Origin: Candidatus Micrarchaeota archaeon
GTDB lineage: Archaea; Micrarchaeota; Micrarchaeia; Norongarragalinales; Norongarragalinaceae
Length of the DNA: 29,686 bases
NCBI GenBank assembly: GCA_037444485.1
Contig: JBBIMI010000011.1
Location: 1 to 29,686, forward strand
Direction: 5' to 3'
Below, in pieces: positions 1 to 10,337 of the stretch (the stretch's first letter is position 1; each line of letters begins with the position of its first letter). The notes beneath the pieces are model-generated. The model was not told the DNA's origin. It worked only from the letters and a program-made list of their open reading frames with translations, and searched no databases. The position numbers and the translations under genes are program-made.

Positions 1-126
1 TTCACAGGAGCGCGGGCGACGCCGACTTGGAAACAGTCGCGCGTTACGTGCGCGAGGATAACGACGCCCGCCAGCGCAAGCTGGCAGCATGCTAGAAATC
101 CTACGCCTTTAGGCGTAGGTTATTTA
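1..126 (+). mobile_element. Miniature IS200/IS605-like non-coding element, copy A (3' part; cut by window start)
   Basis: GCCAGCGCAAGC..GGCAGCA motif, then perfect hairpin CCTACGCCT-TT-AGGCGTAGG (100-119) and GGTTATTTA; the same motifs recur in copies at 900, 10338 and 21900. Confidence 0.7.
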
Positions 127-257
127 AAGTTTAAATTTAAAGCATAAATTTAACTATTCGAAATTCTGTTGGTGATGAAATTCTAATAACTAACTCGACT
201 GCCTTCAAAAAAGCTCAAAAAAAGCTCAAAAACAAGCTTTGGAAGGATGACTGGAAA

Positions 258-872
258 TTGGTTTTGCATTCTACTCGCATTTTTCTCGCGTTAGTTGCAG
301 CAGTAAACATTGCTGGCTTCGCGTTCGGTTTGTGGTACTATGCGCCGCAATTAGCGCGCGCGAATCCAGCTTTTTGGGTTTTCATTCTTGACAGTCCTTT
401 AAGCGTGCTGTTCGCCGCGCTTGCCTTCGCGCTCGCGCTGCGCGGCGTGCGAAACTCGCTCTTGAATTTTTTGGCTGGCGCGAGTTGTTTCAAGTACGGT
501 TTTTGGACGTTGTTTGTGTTGCTTTATTTCAGAGAATTTTTCTTTTCCCCTGAAAACGCGGTTCTTTACGCGGCGATGTTCGCCACGCACTTTGGAATGG
601 TGGTTCAAGGCTTGTTCTTCGCGGGTTTAAACAAGCCGACTGCCGCGCTAGGCGTGGTTGGAGCATGGCTTTTCGCAAACGATTTCTTTGATTACGTGCT
701 CGGCACGCGCGCGGTGCTGCCAGACGTTCCCGAAAAAATTTTCATTACCGCGCTTTTCTCAACAGCGTTGACCGCGTTTTCAATCGCGTTGTTTTGTTTT
801 CTTGCGTGGCGCAAGGCGAACGTTTTCGCAGCTAACAGTTTTCTAACGCGCGTGCGAGATTTCCTCGCGTGA
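258..872 (+). CDS. DUF1405 (YpjA-like) integral membrane protein
   Basis: Multi-TM ORF with N..G..FG.WYY..QL, W.F..DSP, KYG.W, H..M and NDF.DY motifs typical of DUF1405; TTG start. Confidence 0.8.
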   Translation: MVLHSTRIFLALVAAVNIAGFAFGLWYYAPQLARANPAFWVFILDSPLSVLFAALAFALALRGVRNSLLNFLAGASCFKYGFWTLFVLLYFREFFFSPENAVLYAAMFATHFGMVVQGLFFAGLNKPTAALGVVGAWLFANDFFDYVLGTRAVLPDVPEKIFITALFSTALTAFSIALFCFLAWRKANVFAANSFLTRVRDFLA

Positions 873-899
873 AAAAACGCCGGACGCGCGTTTTTTAAT

Positions 900-1102
900 G
901 CGTTTGGTTGAGAAATCCACGAGTTCAGTTGCGAGACGCATCAACTCTAATGTTCGTTAATGCTAGTAATTGTTTCGCTTCGCTTGTTTGCCGGTTTTTT
1001 GTAGGTGCAGCGTTTCGCGCGCATTACGCGCGCTGATGGCGGCGCCAGCCGCCAAGCCCGGCAGCGTGCAGGAATCCAGCGCCTTTAAGCGTAGGTTGTT
1101 TA
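900..1102 (+). mobile_element. Miniature IS200/IS605-like non-coding element, copy B (full length)
   Basis: Preceded by TTTAAT; degenerate left hairpin GGTTGAGAAATCCACGAGTTCAGTTGCGAGACGCATCAACT; internal TAATTGTTTCGCTT and GCCGGTTTTTTGTAGG; right hairpin CAGCGCCTTTAAGCGTAGG then TTGTTTA. Confidence 0.75.
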
Positions 1103-1129
1103 ACTAAAAATGCTTTAATAAGCGAGACG

Positions 1130-1410
1130 CTTAACAAAAAAAATAATAAAATAATTTAAACGTGTTAAAAATTTTTTTAAAATAAAAATGAAAAAAAAAT
1201 AAAAAAAATAAAAACAAAATAATAAAAAATAAAAATAATTCTAAAAATTATGGTTAAAAAATTTTGAAAAATAAAAACAAAAAAATAACAAAAAACGAAA
1301 AATTGGTTAAAAGAAATTGGTTTAAAAAATTTGGCATGTTTTAAAAAATTTGGCGCGATTAAAAAAATTTCGTGAATTGCGGTGAATTTAAATTACGGTG
1401 AATTTTAATT
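1130..1410. repeat. A-rich low-complexity intergenic tract with degenerate tandem duplications
   Basis: Runs of AAAAT/AAAAC; repeated AAATT(T)GG units; duplicated CGGTGAATTT(A/T)AATT just before the next start codon. Confidence 0.8.
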
Positions 1411-2284
1411 GTTTTTTTCATTGAAAAACTTTTTGCGTGGTTTGACGTTCGCAACAGCTTTGTTGCTCGCAGGCTGTGTAACTCAACCGCAGCCTGTTAC
1501 AACGCCTTCGCCGAGAGTCGAGGAATCGCTAGCACCCACATTCACGGCGACTGCAACTTCAACTTTAACAACGTCTATTGCAGCGGCAAGCGTGCAACCA
1601 CTACCAAAACGTTTTCAAACTAGTGACGGCGTGATTATCGCAGCTGATTATTATGCGCGAGCTTCAAAAAAAGGAGTCGTGCTGCTGCACATGCTTGGAC
1701 GCACGAAAAGCGATTGGCGTGATTTCGCCTCTTCGCTGCACTCGCATGGTTTTGCAGTGCTCGCAATCGACTTGCGGGGTCACGGCGAAAGCACTCGCGC
1801 TTCGGATGGTAGGACGCTGGCTTGGCCTGACTTTAACGAAAACGATTTTAGAAACATGGTTTTCGACGTTGCAGCTGCAAAAAAATTTTTTGTAGAGCAA
1901 GGAGTTGATTCAATCGCGTTCGTTGGTGCGAGCATTGGCGCGAACGTCGCGTTGAACGCGGCAGCTCAAGACGCGAGCGTGCGTGCGGTAGCGTTGTTGT
2001 CGCCTGGCTTGAATTACCGGGGCGTCACCACCAAGCAAGCAATGCGTGACTACGTGGAAAGCAAAACGCGTCCCGTATTCATCGCAGCTAGCGAAGACGA
2101 TTCAGCAAGCGCAGCGGCATCACGCGAGTTATGCGAGATTGCACGCGCGACTGCCGGCGGGGCTGCTGGCGCGAGCGCGTGTGAACTCGTTGTTTTCAAA
2201 AATGCTGGTCACGGTACGAATATGTTTGTCGTAGAGCCGAGCTTGCGCGTTTCGCTGCTCGACTGGCTAGAAAAAGTTGTTTAA
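1409..2284 (+). CDS. Alpha/beta-fold hydrolase, probable lipoprotein
   Basis: Lipobox LLAGC, P/T/S linker, VVLLH, IDLRGHGES, nucleophile elbow GASIG, candidate Asp (SEDD) and His (GHG) of the triad; GGTGA RBS plus TTG start. Confidence 0.85.
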   Translation: MFFSLKNFLRGLTFATALLLAGCVTQPQPVTTPSPRVEESLAPTFTATATSTLTTSIAAASVQPLPKRFQTSDGVIIAADYYARASKKGVVLLHMLGRTKSDWRDFASSLHSHGFAVLAIDLRGHGESTRASDGRTLAWPDFNENDFRNMVFDVAAAKKFFVEQGVDSIAFVGASIGANVALNAAAQDASVRAVALLSPGLNYRGVTTKQAMRDYVESKTRPVFIAASEDDSASAAASRELCEIARATAGGAAGASACELVVFKNAGHGTNMFVVEPSLRVSLLDWLEKVV

Positions 2285-2493
2285 ACAAAAGTTATTTAAA
2301 TGCTGGCTTGAAAAAAATTGTTGAAGTAAAAAATTTTGGTAAAAATTGAAGTAAAAAATTCGAGCGTTAAAATAAGCGAAGCAAGCATTTAAATTTTCTT
2401 GTTTTCTTGTTTTTTTTGTTTTTCTTGGTTTTTTGAATTTTTTTCATTAATTTTTTTGTTATGGTTGTTTAAAAGAAAAAGGTGGTTTGGATT

Positions 2494-3195
2494 ATGGAGC
2501 AAATCAAATTTTTGGGAGTAAGCATAATAATTGCTGCATTGATTCTCGGCGGAGCGCTGATTTACTCTACAAGCGTGCGGCAAGCAGCAACACTGCCGTC
2601 AACGCCTACGCCGTTAGTCACGAGCACCGCCACGTTACAAGCAACAGCACCGTCGCCTTCACGCAATTTCGACTTGTCCGGCAAAATGCCGCGCGGAAGC
2701 GCGAACGCGCAGATTACCGTGATTGAATTCGGTGACTTTCAGTGCCCGTTTTGCGGACGCGTTAAGCCGACAGTAGACAAACTGCTTTCAGACTATCAAA
2801 ACAAAATCAAGTTTTACTATTTTCACTTTCCTTTAGATTTTCACGAGTTCGCGCAGAAGTCAGCGGAAGCAAGCGAGTGCGCGGCCGTGCAAGGAAAATT
2901 CTGGGAGTACCACGACGTTCTCTTCGCGAACCAAAACGCGCTTGACGTCGCGAGCTTGAAGAATTACGCGAAGCAACTGGACTTGGATTCTGGGAAGTTT
3001 GACTCTTGCCTTGACTCTGGTTCGATGGCTGGCAAAGTGCAGGCAGACGTGCAGCAAGGCATAAAAGCAAGAGTAACTGGAACGCCTAGTTTCTTTATTA
3101 ACGGCGTTCAAGTGTGTGGAGCACAGCCTTACGCCGCGTTCAAGCAAGTTGTCGACGCGCTTCTCGCAGGCCAGCGTCCGAACGACGTTTGCTGA
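2494..3195 (+). CDS. DsbA-family thiol-disulfide oxidoreductase with N-terminal membrane anchor
   Basis: EFGDFQCPFC, HFPL, GKFWEYHD.LF, GTPSFFING; ATG 2494 lies 8 nt after AGGTGG (track start 2482). Confidence 0.9.
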   Translation: MEQIKFLGVSIIIAALILGGALIYSTSVRQAATLPSTPTPLVTSTATLQATAPSPSRNFDLSGKMPRGSANAQITVIEFGDFQCPFCGRVKPTVDKLLSDYQNKIKFYYFHFPLDFHEFAQKSAEASECAAVQGKFWEYHDVLFANQNALDVASLKNYAKQLDLDSGKFDSCLDSGSMAGKVQADVQQGIKARVTGTPSFFINGVQVCGAQPYAAFKQVVDALLAGQRPNDVC

Positions 3196-3354
3196 AGTTT
3201 CTGTACTTTTTTGAACTTTTTAGTTTTTTAGCAGGTTTTTAGATAATTTTCAAGAATGCTTGCGAGTTGCCTGTAAATCGCTCGAATCGCTTGGCGGATT
3301 GTCTAGAATAGATCGTCTAGAATAATATTTTTTCCTAGCAGTTACGAACTTTTT

Positions 3355-3594
3355 TCAAGCGAGTCCGAGGGCTTTCTTGAGGGCGGGCTTGTTGAAGCCG
3401 ACTATAATTTGGCCGTCGACGTCTATTACTGGCACACCCATTTGCCCGCTTTTCTCAATCATTTCTTCTGCCGCTTTTTCGTTTGTTGAAACATCAATTT
3501 CATCGTACGCGATTCCGTTCGACTTCAAAAAGTCTTTAGTCATTACGCAGTAAGGACAAGTTGGAGTGCTGTAAACGATTACTTTCTTCACCAT
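3355..3594 (-). CDS. Glutaredoxin-like protein (YruB/NrdH type)
   Basis: VYSTPTCPYC, GQMGVPVI, IVGF; ATG at 3594 follows GGAGGTGG RBS. Confidence 0.92.
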   Translation of the reverse strand: MVKKVIVYSTPTCPYCVMTKDFLKSNGIAYDEIDVSTNEKAAEEMIEKSGQMGVPVIDVDGQIIVGFNKPALKKALGLA

Positions 3595-3733
3595 CTTATT
3601 CCCACCTCCAGCAATCAAGCAAACGGTTTAAAGCAAATAAAGCAAAAAAAATGAGGAATGCAAAAAAATACGAGGAATTATAGTGGCGCGATGGTTTTTA
3701 AAACCTTGTTTTTCCTACTAAATTTGATTTCGC

Positions 3734-6700
3734 ATGCAGACGAGAGTACTACAAGCGCTACAAGCAGCGCAAGAAGTGCCAGAAGCGTCGAAAGCGCCGG
3801 AAGCACCGCAAGCGTCGAAAGCGCCGCGAACGTTGCGAGCGCTGTTCGCCGCGCTTGTTTTTCTCGCTTTTTTTTCGCTTGCAGCGCTAGTTGCGCAAAG
3901 CGTGCAAGCGCTTTCTTTCAGTGAATACTCGTTTCTCTATGAAACTCCGAGCGCAAGCTCGTGGCAGTACTTGTTTTACGCGAAGTCGTGTAAAGGTTTT
4001 CTAAAGCAATCGTTTGAACCGCCTGCGATTCTCGTTCAAAGTAAAGAGTACGCGCCCGCGCTCGCTGCAGTGCTGGCAGCGCGGGACGCATTGCGTGAAG
4101 CGGCTGTCTTCGCGTCCTTGCAAAAGCTTTCACTCGACTGGCTTAACTATATTTACTATAATTGGTTTTCTTACTTGTGTTTTTCTCGCGGCGTCAGCGC
4201 GCTTGCGAGCGCTGAAGCTGCGGTGACAGCGTCTTTCGCGCCGCTTGACGAGTCGATTGCGAGCTTAGAATTCGCGTCTTCGAGCGAGTATACTGGAAGC
4301 GCTGGAGGGGTTTTAAACGAGTTGCGTGAAGCGTTTGAAGACGTGCGCGCGCGGCGAAGCGATGGGAACGGTTTCGGCAAGAAGTTTATTGCGAGCGTGA
4401 ATCTAGCGAACGGGGTTTCGAAGGCGTTCGCGTTCGCCAGCGCTTCAAGCAGCGATTTGTTTAACTCTGTGGATTCGCTCGCGGGACGGGAGTCTTTCTT
4501 GAAGGAGTCCATCGCATTGCGCGAGCGCGTTGTTGAAGCGCTTGAATCGCTTTACGCTGAAAACTATGCGTTGGAGCGTGACTTTAACGCGCGGTTGACT
4601 GCGGCGAAACGCATTCTCGACGAAGCGCGGAATGAAAAGCTTTACCTCGTCGGGACTGGCGCGTTTCAACTCGTTGGAGCCGGCAGCGTTTTGTCTTCAG
4701 AGTATAAAGTGGCTTCTTTCGAGGAAGAACTCGAAGACGCGCTTGCGCTTGTCGAAGACGCGCAGGCCCTTGAACGCGATGCGAGCGCGGCGCTCGCGCG
4801 TAAACGACGGGGTTTTCTTGCTGAAAGCATTTTGTTGTTGCGTGAAGCGGTTTCGAAAACTGTTAGTGCAAAGCAATCGCTTGACGGCGTTATGGAGAAA
4901 AGCGTTTTTCTAGAGAACGCATTGCGCGAGCGCGTGTTACGCGAACAACAAAACCTGCGCAACGCGATTGACGCGATTCGCGTAAGCAATCCTTACGCTG
5001 CTGCACGGGCTGAAGCATTTTTCGAAAAAGATTACGCTGCTTTGACGCAAGCCATTCGCACGCGGGGCGAGAGAATCGCGTTTTTCTTGAGTGAAGCCAC
5101 CGAGTTAATCGAATTGCAGAAGACGGCGTTTTCGTCGCAGGCGGGCGTGACGCAGGAAAAACAAGCGCTTTCAGGCGAAATCGCGTCCCTCAAGCGTTTG
5201 ATTGCGGATGCTGAGAAGGACGAGCTTGAACTTGATTACGAGAAACAGCGGCTTGCAGCAATAGAGGCGGCTGTCAAGCAATTAGGTGACGACGCGCAAA
5301 GCGCAGAGTCGCTCGCAGTGTTAAAGAAAGACTTGCAGGAATTGCGTGAAGGAGTTATAGCTCAAGCAGTGGAAAAATACTCGCTCGTATTAACGGATTA
5401 CTTTGCGCGCGTCAAGACTTTCGAAGAACTGCTCTCGCAGAAAGAGCAACTCGAATTTGCCGGAATCAATAAGTTTTTTGACGCGTTCGGGCAGCCGCGC
5501 GTGGCGGAATCGATAGGAAGCTTGAAGGGCGTGAAAAATTCGCTTGAGAAACTCATCGCGTCAATAGAACTCTCGCTTCCAGCATTATTGAAGAAAAGCT
5601 TGGAGGAAAACGCGCGCGTTACGGTGGAATTCGCGCAAGTAGAGTTAGACAAGCCTACCCGCGTCGTGCTGCGCGCAGAGTTCACCAACGTTTTACCTTA
5701 CTCTTACGACAAGCAGCTTATCTTGCAGACGAGGGAAATAAAAGATTTTCTGGCAGACTTAGAGAACGTGAAAGTGCTGAAAAAAAGCTTTGGGTTAAGC
5801 ATTTCACGCGAAGGCGTTCTATTAAACAAACTCGATAAAGAAGAGAATTACTTCATTGAACTCGAAAAGAACGTGATTATTGCTGAAAAGACCGGGGTTA
5901 CAGAACAAACTATTTCCGCATCCGAATCGCACGCAGTAAAACGTGAAAGCGTTTTCTTCAACCTCCACCCCCAGTTGCCGGCCCGCGTTTTTGTGTTAGT
6001 GAAACGCAGTCTCGCGTTTCCAGCCGAACTCACGCGCGTCGACTCGAACATTCTTGAAGCGCGCGCAGAGCGCGAAGCCGGCGGAACAACAGTAACGCTA
6101 CTCGTTTCAGCTGATTCAGGCCAGAACAAGGCAGGGTTCGAGTACGAAGTGCGCAACCCTGTCATAGTAACGCGTTCAGTGAAAACAAGCGGAAACTCGG
6201 TTGAATTAAATTATTCTTTCACTTCCTCTCACGCCGGGCTTTCGCTCGAGTCTGTCGAATTAAACGTTTTCGAAACGCTTAACTGCAGCGTGAAAAAAAT
6301 TTCCATAATCACAGCAATGCCTTACAAAACCAGTCAAGAAAACGGCTTTCTAGCAATTAGCTTCAAATCGGAGAAAATATCGCAGTACTCGAGCGAAACA
6401 GCTCTAGTGCGAATAGAGTGTGACTCGCTTGAACAAGCTGCTCGCGCAAAGCTGGAGGAACTGCGGCGACTACTCGCACAACTTGAAATCGCGGCCGAAG
6501 ACAAGACAATAATAGAAGCAAAGCTTTCGGCAGCAGAAACAGCGATAAGCAAAGAAAATTACGCTGACGCAATGCGGTTGCTGTTTGAAGCAGAAGATTT
6601 GATTCGCGTCGCGCAACAAAAAATGCTCGAGAAACAACAACTTGCGCGCGAAGCAGAACTCGCATTGAATTCTTCAATACTGTTGACTGCACAGCTCCAC

Positions 6701-7708
6701 AATGCTTCAACCGCACTCCTCGCGAAAGGCAACGTCGCGCAAGCGAACTCGCTGCTTGAAGTCGTCAAAGAAGCTGAAGCAATAATCGCGCGCGGCCGCC
6801 AATTGATTGCAGCCGGCGATTACGCAACCGCGCTCTCAGAACTCGGCGCACTTAACACGCGCCTCTCAACTGCACTAGAGGATTACGCTCGCGCAGAACT
6901 AGAACGCTTGCTTAAAGAATGCGGCGAAGCCGACAAATCAAGCGAAGCGTGCAGTGCGCAGGCACGCGAAGAACTACGGAAGGCTGCTGGCTTGATTGCG
7001 GCAAACGCTTTTCTCGACGCTTTCGACTCGCTCGCGCAAGCGGAAAAACTCTTGACGCAGTCTGCAAGCGAGTTTGAAGGCGAGAGGACTGCGAAGAGAA
7101 ATTTGATGCAGTCGTACCCGCAATTCAAGCAAGGCGTGCAAGACGCGCTCGCAGCGTTCGACGACGCGTTCAGCGTTCCGCAAGAGCTTGTTGGCGAGCG
7201 GCGAAAGAGTTTGTTGTTTCAAGAAGGCAACGTCGCGAAAACGAAGGTGGAGCGGTTGCTGAAGAAACTCGACGACGCTTGGACGGCTTTCGAAACCGGC
7301 GACGAGGCTTTCGGAAAGTATTCACTCGCGTTTTTGAATGAATCGCTCTACTCGCTCGCGGCGCTTCGCGGCGTGCTAGAAGAAAAAACTACTGCAATCA
7401 AGCTCGACGCAGAGCGCGAGCTCTCGACGGCGCGCGCGAGAGTAAAACAATTCGGTAATGATGTGACGCGCCAAGCATTGGAACGCGCTGAAAACGCTTT
7501 CGCCGAAAACAAATTTTTCACCGCGTTCGTAATCGCTAGCGAAGTGAACCGCGCGTTGGTTGGAGTGCCGTCCGCAGGCGTTGCAGAAGAACAAGCTGAA
7601 ACATGGAAGCTCATTCTCGCAATCGCTGGACTAACAATTTTGTTTGCGCTCGCGTACTTCATTGTCTTGCGCGACAAGACGCCGAAAAAGAAAAAACTGT
7701 TCGACTAA
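3734..7708 (+). CDS. Large (1324 aa) secreted, C-terminally anchored helical protein of unknown function
   Basis: N-terminal hydrophobic signal-like segment, long Ala/Glu/Leu helical regions, central beta-rich region, C-terminal TM followed by KKKK. Confidence 0.85.
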   Translation: MQTRVLQALQAAQEVPEASKAPEAPQASKAPRTLRALFAALVFLAFFSLAALVAQSVQALSFSEYSFLYETPSASSWQYLFYAKSCKGFLKQSFEPPAILVQSKEYAPALAAVLAARDALREAAVFASLQKLSLDWLNYIYYNWFSYLCFSRGVSALASAEAAVTASFAPLDESIASLEFASSSEYTGSAGGVLNELREAFEDVRARRSDGNGFGKKFIASVNLANGVSKAFAFASASSSDLFNSVDSLAGRESFLKESIALRERVVEALESLYAENYALERDFNARLTAAKRILDEARNEKLYLVGTGAFQLVGAGSVLSSEYKVASFEEELEDALALVEDAQALERDASAALARKRRGFLAESILLLREAVSKTVSAKQSLDGVMEKSVFLENALRERVLREQQNLRNAIDAIRVSNPYAAARAEAFFEKDYAALTQAIRTRGERIAFFLSEATELIELQKTAFSSQAGVTQEKQALSGEIASLKRLIADAEKDELELDYEKQRLAAIEAAVKQLGDDAQSAESLAVLKKDLQELREGVIAQAVEKYSLVLTDYFARVKTFEELLSQKEQLEFAGINKFFDAFGQPRVAESIGSLKGVKNSLEKLIASIELSLPALLKKSLEENARVTVEFAQVELDKPTRVVLRAEFTNVLPYSYDKQLILQTREIKDFLADLENVKVLKKSFGLSISREGVLLNKLDKEENYFIELEKNVIIAEKTGVTEQTISASESHAVKRESVFFNLHPQLPARVFVLVKRSLAFPAELTRVDSNILEARAEREAGGTTVTLLVSADSGQNKAGFEYEVRNPVIVTRSVKTSGNSVELNYSFTSSHAGLSLESVELNVFETLNCSVKKISIITAMPYKTSQENGFLAISFKSEKISQYSSETALVRIECDSLEQAARAKLEELRRLLAQLEIAAEDKTIIEAKLSAAETAISKENYADAMRLLFEAEDLIRVAQQKMLEKQQLAREAELALNSSILLTAQLHNASTALLAKGNVAQANSLLEVVKEAEAIIARGRQLIAAGDYATALSELGALNTRLSTALEDYARAELERLLKECGEADKSSEACSAQAREELRKAAGLIAANAFLDAFDSLAQAEKLLTQSASEFEGERTAKRNLMQSYPQFKQGVQDALAAFDDAFSVPQELVGERRKSLLFQEGNVAKTKVERLLKKLDDAWTAFETGDEAFGKYSLAFLNESLYSLAALRGVLEEKTTAIKLDAERELSTARARVKQFGNDVTRQALERAENAFAENKFFTAFVIASEVNRALVGVPSAGVAEEQAETWKLILAIAGLTILFALAYFIVLRDKTPKKKKLFD

Positions 7709-7912
7709 TTGCTGACTAAATTGATTATTTTTTTCTTTCTTGTTTTTTTCTTTCTTGTTTTTCTTGTTTTTTTTGTTTTTTGTTTTTTTCTTGGTTTTTT
7801 TCTTTTTTTCTTTCCTGTAACCGCTAAACAACGCGCAAAACGTTTTTAAACCCGTTCGTTTCTCTTTTTACTTACTTTCAATTCCATTTTTTTCGAGAAA
7901 GCAGGTGGGAAG

Positions 7913-8194
7913 ATGTACGGCGAGGTTAACCGAGAAATTGCGGAAGAGGAAGAGTACGAGCTTGAAGACGCGGATTACTTGGAGGAACAAGAGTTTGAGG
8001 ACGAGTACGAGGACAAGCAAGGCGAATCAACTGCACCCAGCTCGCGTGAACACCCGCTTGAAGAAAAACTCGAGCAAGCGCAAACAAGAGCGCGCGCGGC
8101 GCGAGCGCGCAAGCGAAGAAAACCGCGTGAAAAAAAGCGTGGAAAAAAGCGTGGAAAAAAGCGTGGAAAAAAGCGTGGAAAAAGCACGCGGTGA
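7913..8194 (+). CDS. Small charge-segregated hypothetical protein (acidic N-half, KKRG-repeat basic tail)
   Basis: ATG preceded by strong CAGGTGG RBS; 93-aa ORF; 12-bp repeats keep the frame. Confidence 0.55.
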   Translation: MYGEVNREIAEEEEYELEDADYLEEQEFEDEYEDKQGESTAPSSREHPLEEKLEQAQTRARAARARKRRKPREKKRGKKRGKKRGKKRGKSTR

Positions 8195-8236
8195 AACGCG
8201 CTGCAAAACACGCTGTAAAACGCGTTGCAAAACGCG
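8125..8236 (+). repeat. Two adjacent 12-bp tandem repeat tracts
   Basis: GCGTGGAAAAAA x~5 (8125-8185) and AAACRCGYTGYA x~3.5 (8194-8236). Confidence 0.9.
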
Positions 8237-8309
8237 GGAAGCGTGTTGGAAAGAGAGGAAAACTCTAAGGAAACGCTAGTTGAATCGCGAATCGCACTTG
8301 CCTTTCTCT

Positions 8310-8476
8310 TTCTAACTTGCTTTTTTCTTTTTTTTTCTTCTTGTTGCTTTTTTCTTTTTCTTTTTTCTTTTCGGTTTTTTCTTTTTTTTCTGTTGCTTTT
8401 TCTTTTTTCTTTCTTTTTCTTTTTCTTTTTTTCTTTCTTCTTCTTCTTTTTCTCTCCCTATTTTTTTCTCTCCCTA
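8310..8476. repeat. Pyrimidine-rich low-complexity tract between convergent genes
   Basis: Almost only T/C on + strand; may act as an archaeal T-tract terminator. Confidence 0.75.
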
Positions 8477-10132
8477 TTATTTTTCGCCTTTCTTGACGGT
8501 TAGTTCAAAACCAGCTGTCGGCATTTCAATCCCAAATTTTTCGAGCACTTCGGGCGAGAACTCGCCTACGAAACCCAAGCGCTCGCCCTTCGCAGCTTCG
8601 CCAGCGAACACAGCAGCGCAACGTCCTTCAATAAAGTGTGGGTGGCTCGCTTTTTCGATTACTATGTTTTGACCAATCGCACGCGCGGTTATCGCTAGGA
8701 CGCTTGCGGCTTCACTTAAACCTGTTTCTGAATGCGCTGTAACTGCACTTGCCTGTAAGTCGGTGCGCGTGCGCGTTTCAGTCCGCGCGTCTTTCACGAC
8801 GACTTCGCCTACTTCGAAAAACTTTTGGGGGTACGCGTGCCGCGTGTTTTTGCCAAGCGTTTCAAGCAAGCCAGGCAAGAGCGAGCCGCGTAACGCCGAG
8901 TACTCTTCGCTCACTGGATTGCGTATTCTCACGATTTCGCGCTCGCTTTTCGCGCGCCGCGCTTTCTCTTCATTCGTAAGCACGTAAGAACTCACTTCAA
9001 GAAAACCAGCGCCCGTCAACGCGTCACGGATTTTTTCGACTAGTTCGGAATTCATGCTAAAACCTCCCTTCGTAAACACTTGCGGCTTCACGGGTTCGAA
9101 AGCATTGTAACCGTAGCCAAGCGCTACTTCTTCAATCAAGTCGATTGAGTGCAGCACGTCAGCGCGGTAACGCGGAATCTCGACTTCGACTAGCGTGCCT
9201 TTGCGCCGCGCGTTGAGCCGTTGCCTGCGCAGGCAGTCGACGACTTGCGCGGGCTTGAGAGTAAGTCCTAGAGTGTGATTGCATTGTGTGACGCTTAACA
9301 ACATTTTTTCGGGCCTCGCATCCGGGCAAACGGTTTTCTTGCCGAATGCATCAATTACGGTGACTGAGTGAATGCGTGCGCCTTCGTCGCTGAAGTGGTT
9401 GCATAACACGTTCAACGCTACGTTGCATGCTTCGAAATCAGTTCCAGTAACGTCAAGAAACAATGATGTCGTTTCTTCGGTGACTGCTGTCAGCCTGCCA
9501 TTGATTATCGGCGGAAAGGAAACCACGTTCCCTCGCGCGTCGAGAATAATCGGGTACCGCTCGAATCCTTTGAGCGTGAACGCGTACTCCCAGCCTTTAG
9601 GAGTGTCGCGCAGAATCTGTTCTAAATCCATTTTCCTGTCTTCGCCGAGGGGCACGAACTCTATTTCTTTCGGCATCACTGCCTTGTACGTCAACGGAAA
9701 CGCGATGGGTGCAGCGTCGTGAATCCCGATTGCAACGCGCTTGCGCCTGCGGCCATGCGTGAGCGTCAGTTTTTCCTGCAGTTGCATCAACTCTGCAATG
9801 TCTTCACTTGAAAAACGCAGGTTAGTCGCGAGCGCGCCGAGTACGATGGGGCGAACTCCGAAAACGCTTTTCTCAACACGAATGAATGCGGGGCTAGCGC
9901 GGATTTTCAGTTTTGGCGCGCCGAGTCGCACGCGCGTAAAACCGTTAACCGCGCGGGCGACGCCGGTCCTGCTCAGCAAATCAGGACGGTCGCTAGTTAT
10001 TTCGAGCGAGATAGCGTCGCCCTCGACAACATTAATGCTTGCCTTCACTTGCGGTAGTACTTCGAAGAGTTTTTGCTCGCTGCAGCGCGTGTGCGCTAAA
10101 AGCCATTTTTTGCTTACAGTGATTGAAACCAA
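8477..10132 (-). CDS. pheT: Phenylalanine--tRNA ligase beta subunit (archaeal/eukaryal type)
   Basis: EIT.DRPDLLS..G.AR, LQEKL...HGR.R..VAIG.HD, SFPPIING, IPRYRADVLH.IDLIEEVA..YGY, NP.SEEY...R.SLLPGL. Confidence 0.96.
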   Translation of the reverse strand: MVSITVSKKWLLAHTRCSEQKLFEVLPQVKASINVVEGDAISLEITSDRPDLLSRTGVARAVNGFTRVRLGAPKLKIRASPAFIRVEKSVFGVRPIVLGALATNLRFSSEDIAELMQLQEKLTLTHGRRRKRVAIGIHDAAPIAFPLTYKAVMPKEIEFVPLGEDRKMDLEQILRDTPKGWEYAFTLKGFERYPIILDARGNVVSFPPIINGRLTAVTEETTSLFLDVTGTDFEACNVALNVLCNHFSDEGARIHSVTVIDAFGKKTVCPDARPEKMLLSVTQCNHTLGLTLKPAQVVDCLRRQRLNARRKGTLVEVEIPRYRADVLHSIDLIEEVALGYGYNAFEPVKPQVFTKGGFSMNSELVEKIRDALTGAGFLEVSSYVLTNEEKARRAKSEREIVRIRNPVSEEYSALRGSLLPGLLETLGKNTRHAYPQKFFEVGEVVVKDARTETRTRTDLQASAVTAHSETGLSEAASVLAITARAIGQNIVIEKASHPHFIEGRCAAVFAGEAAKGERLGFVGEFSPEVLEKFGIEMPTAGFELTVKKGEK

Positions 10133-10337
10133 GGCTACTCCCTTTTTCTTTTAAATCTTCTTCAAAACCCAACTGCTTTTTTTCTTGTTTCTATTTATTC
10201 AATTTCATTATTCAATCAATCTTTTCAATCCAATCCGATTTTTTCAAGGCTTTCAAGGTTTAAATCTTTTTTTTCAAGAAAATTATTTGAAAAATTATTT
10301 TATTTGAAAAATTATTTAATGTGTTTGGTTATTTAAT

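Noticed and set aside
8225..8503. Phe-rich ORF (also Lys-rich ORFs at 7631-7831 and 2389-2583)
   Set aside because: Translations of T/A low-complexity tracts
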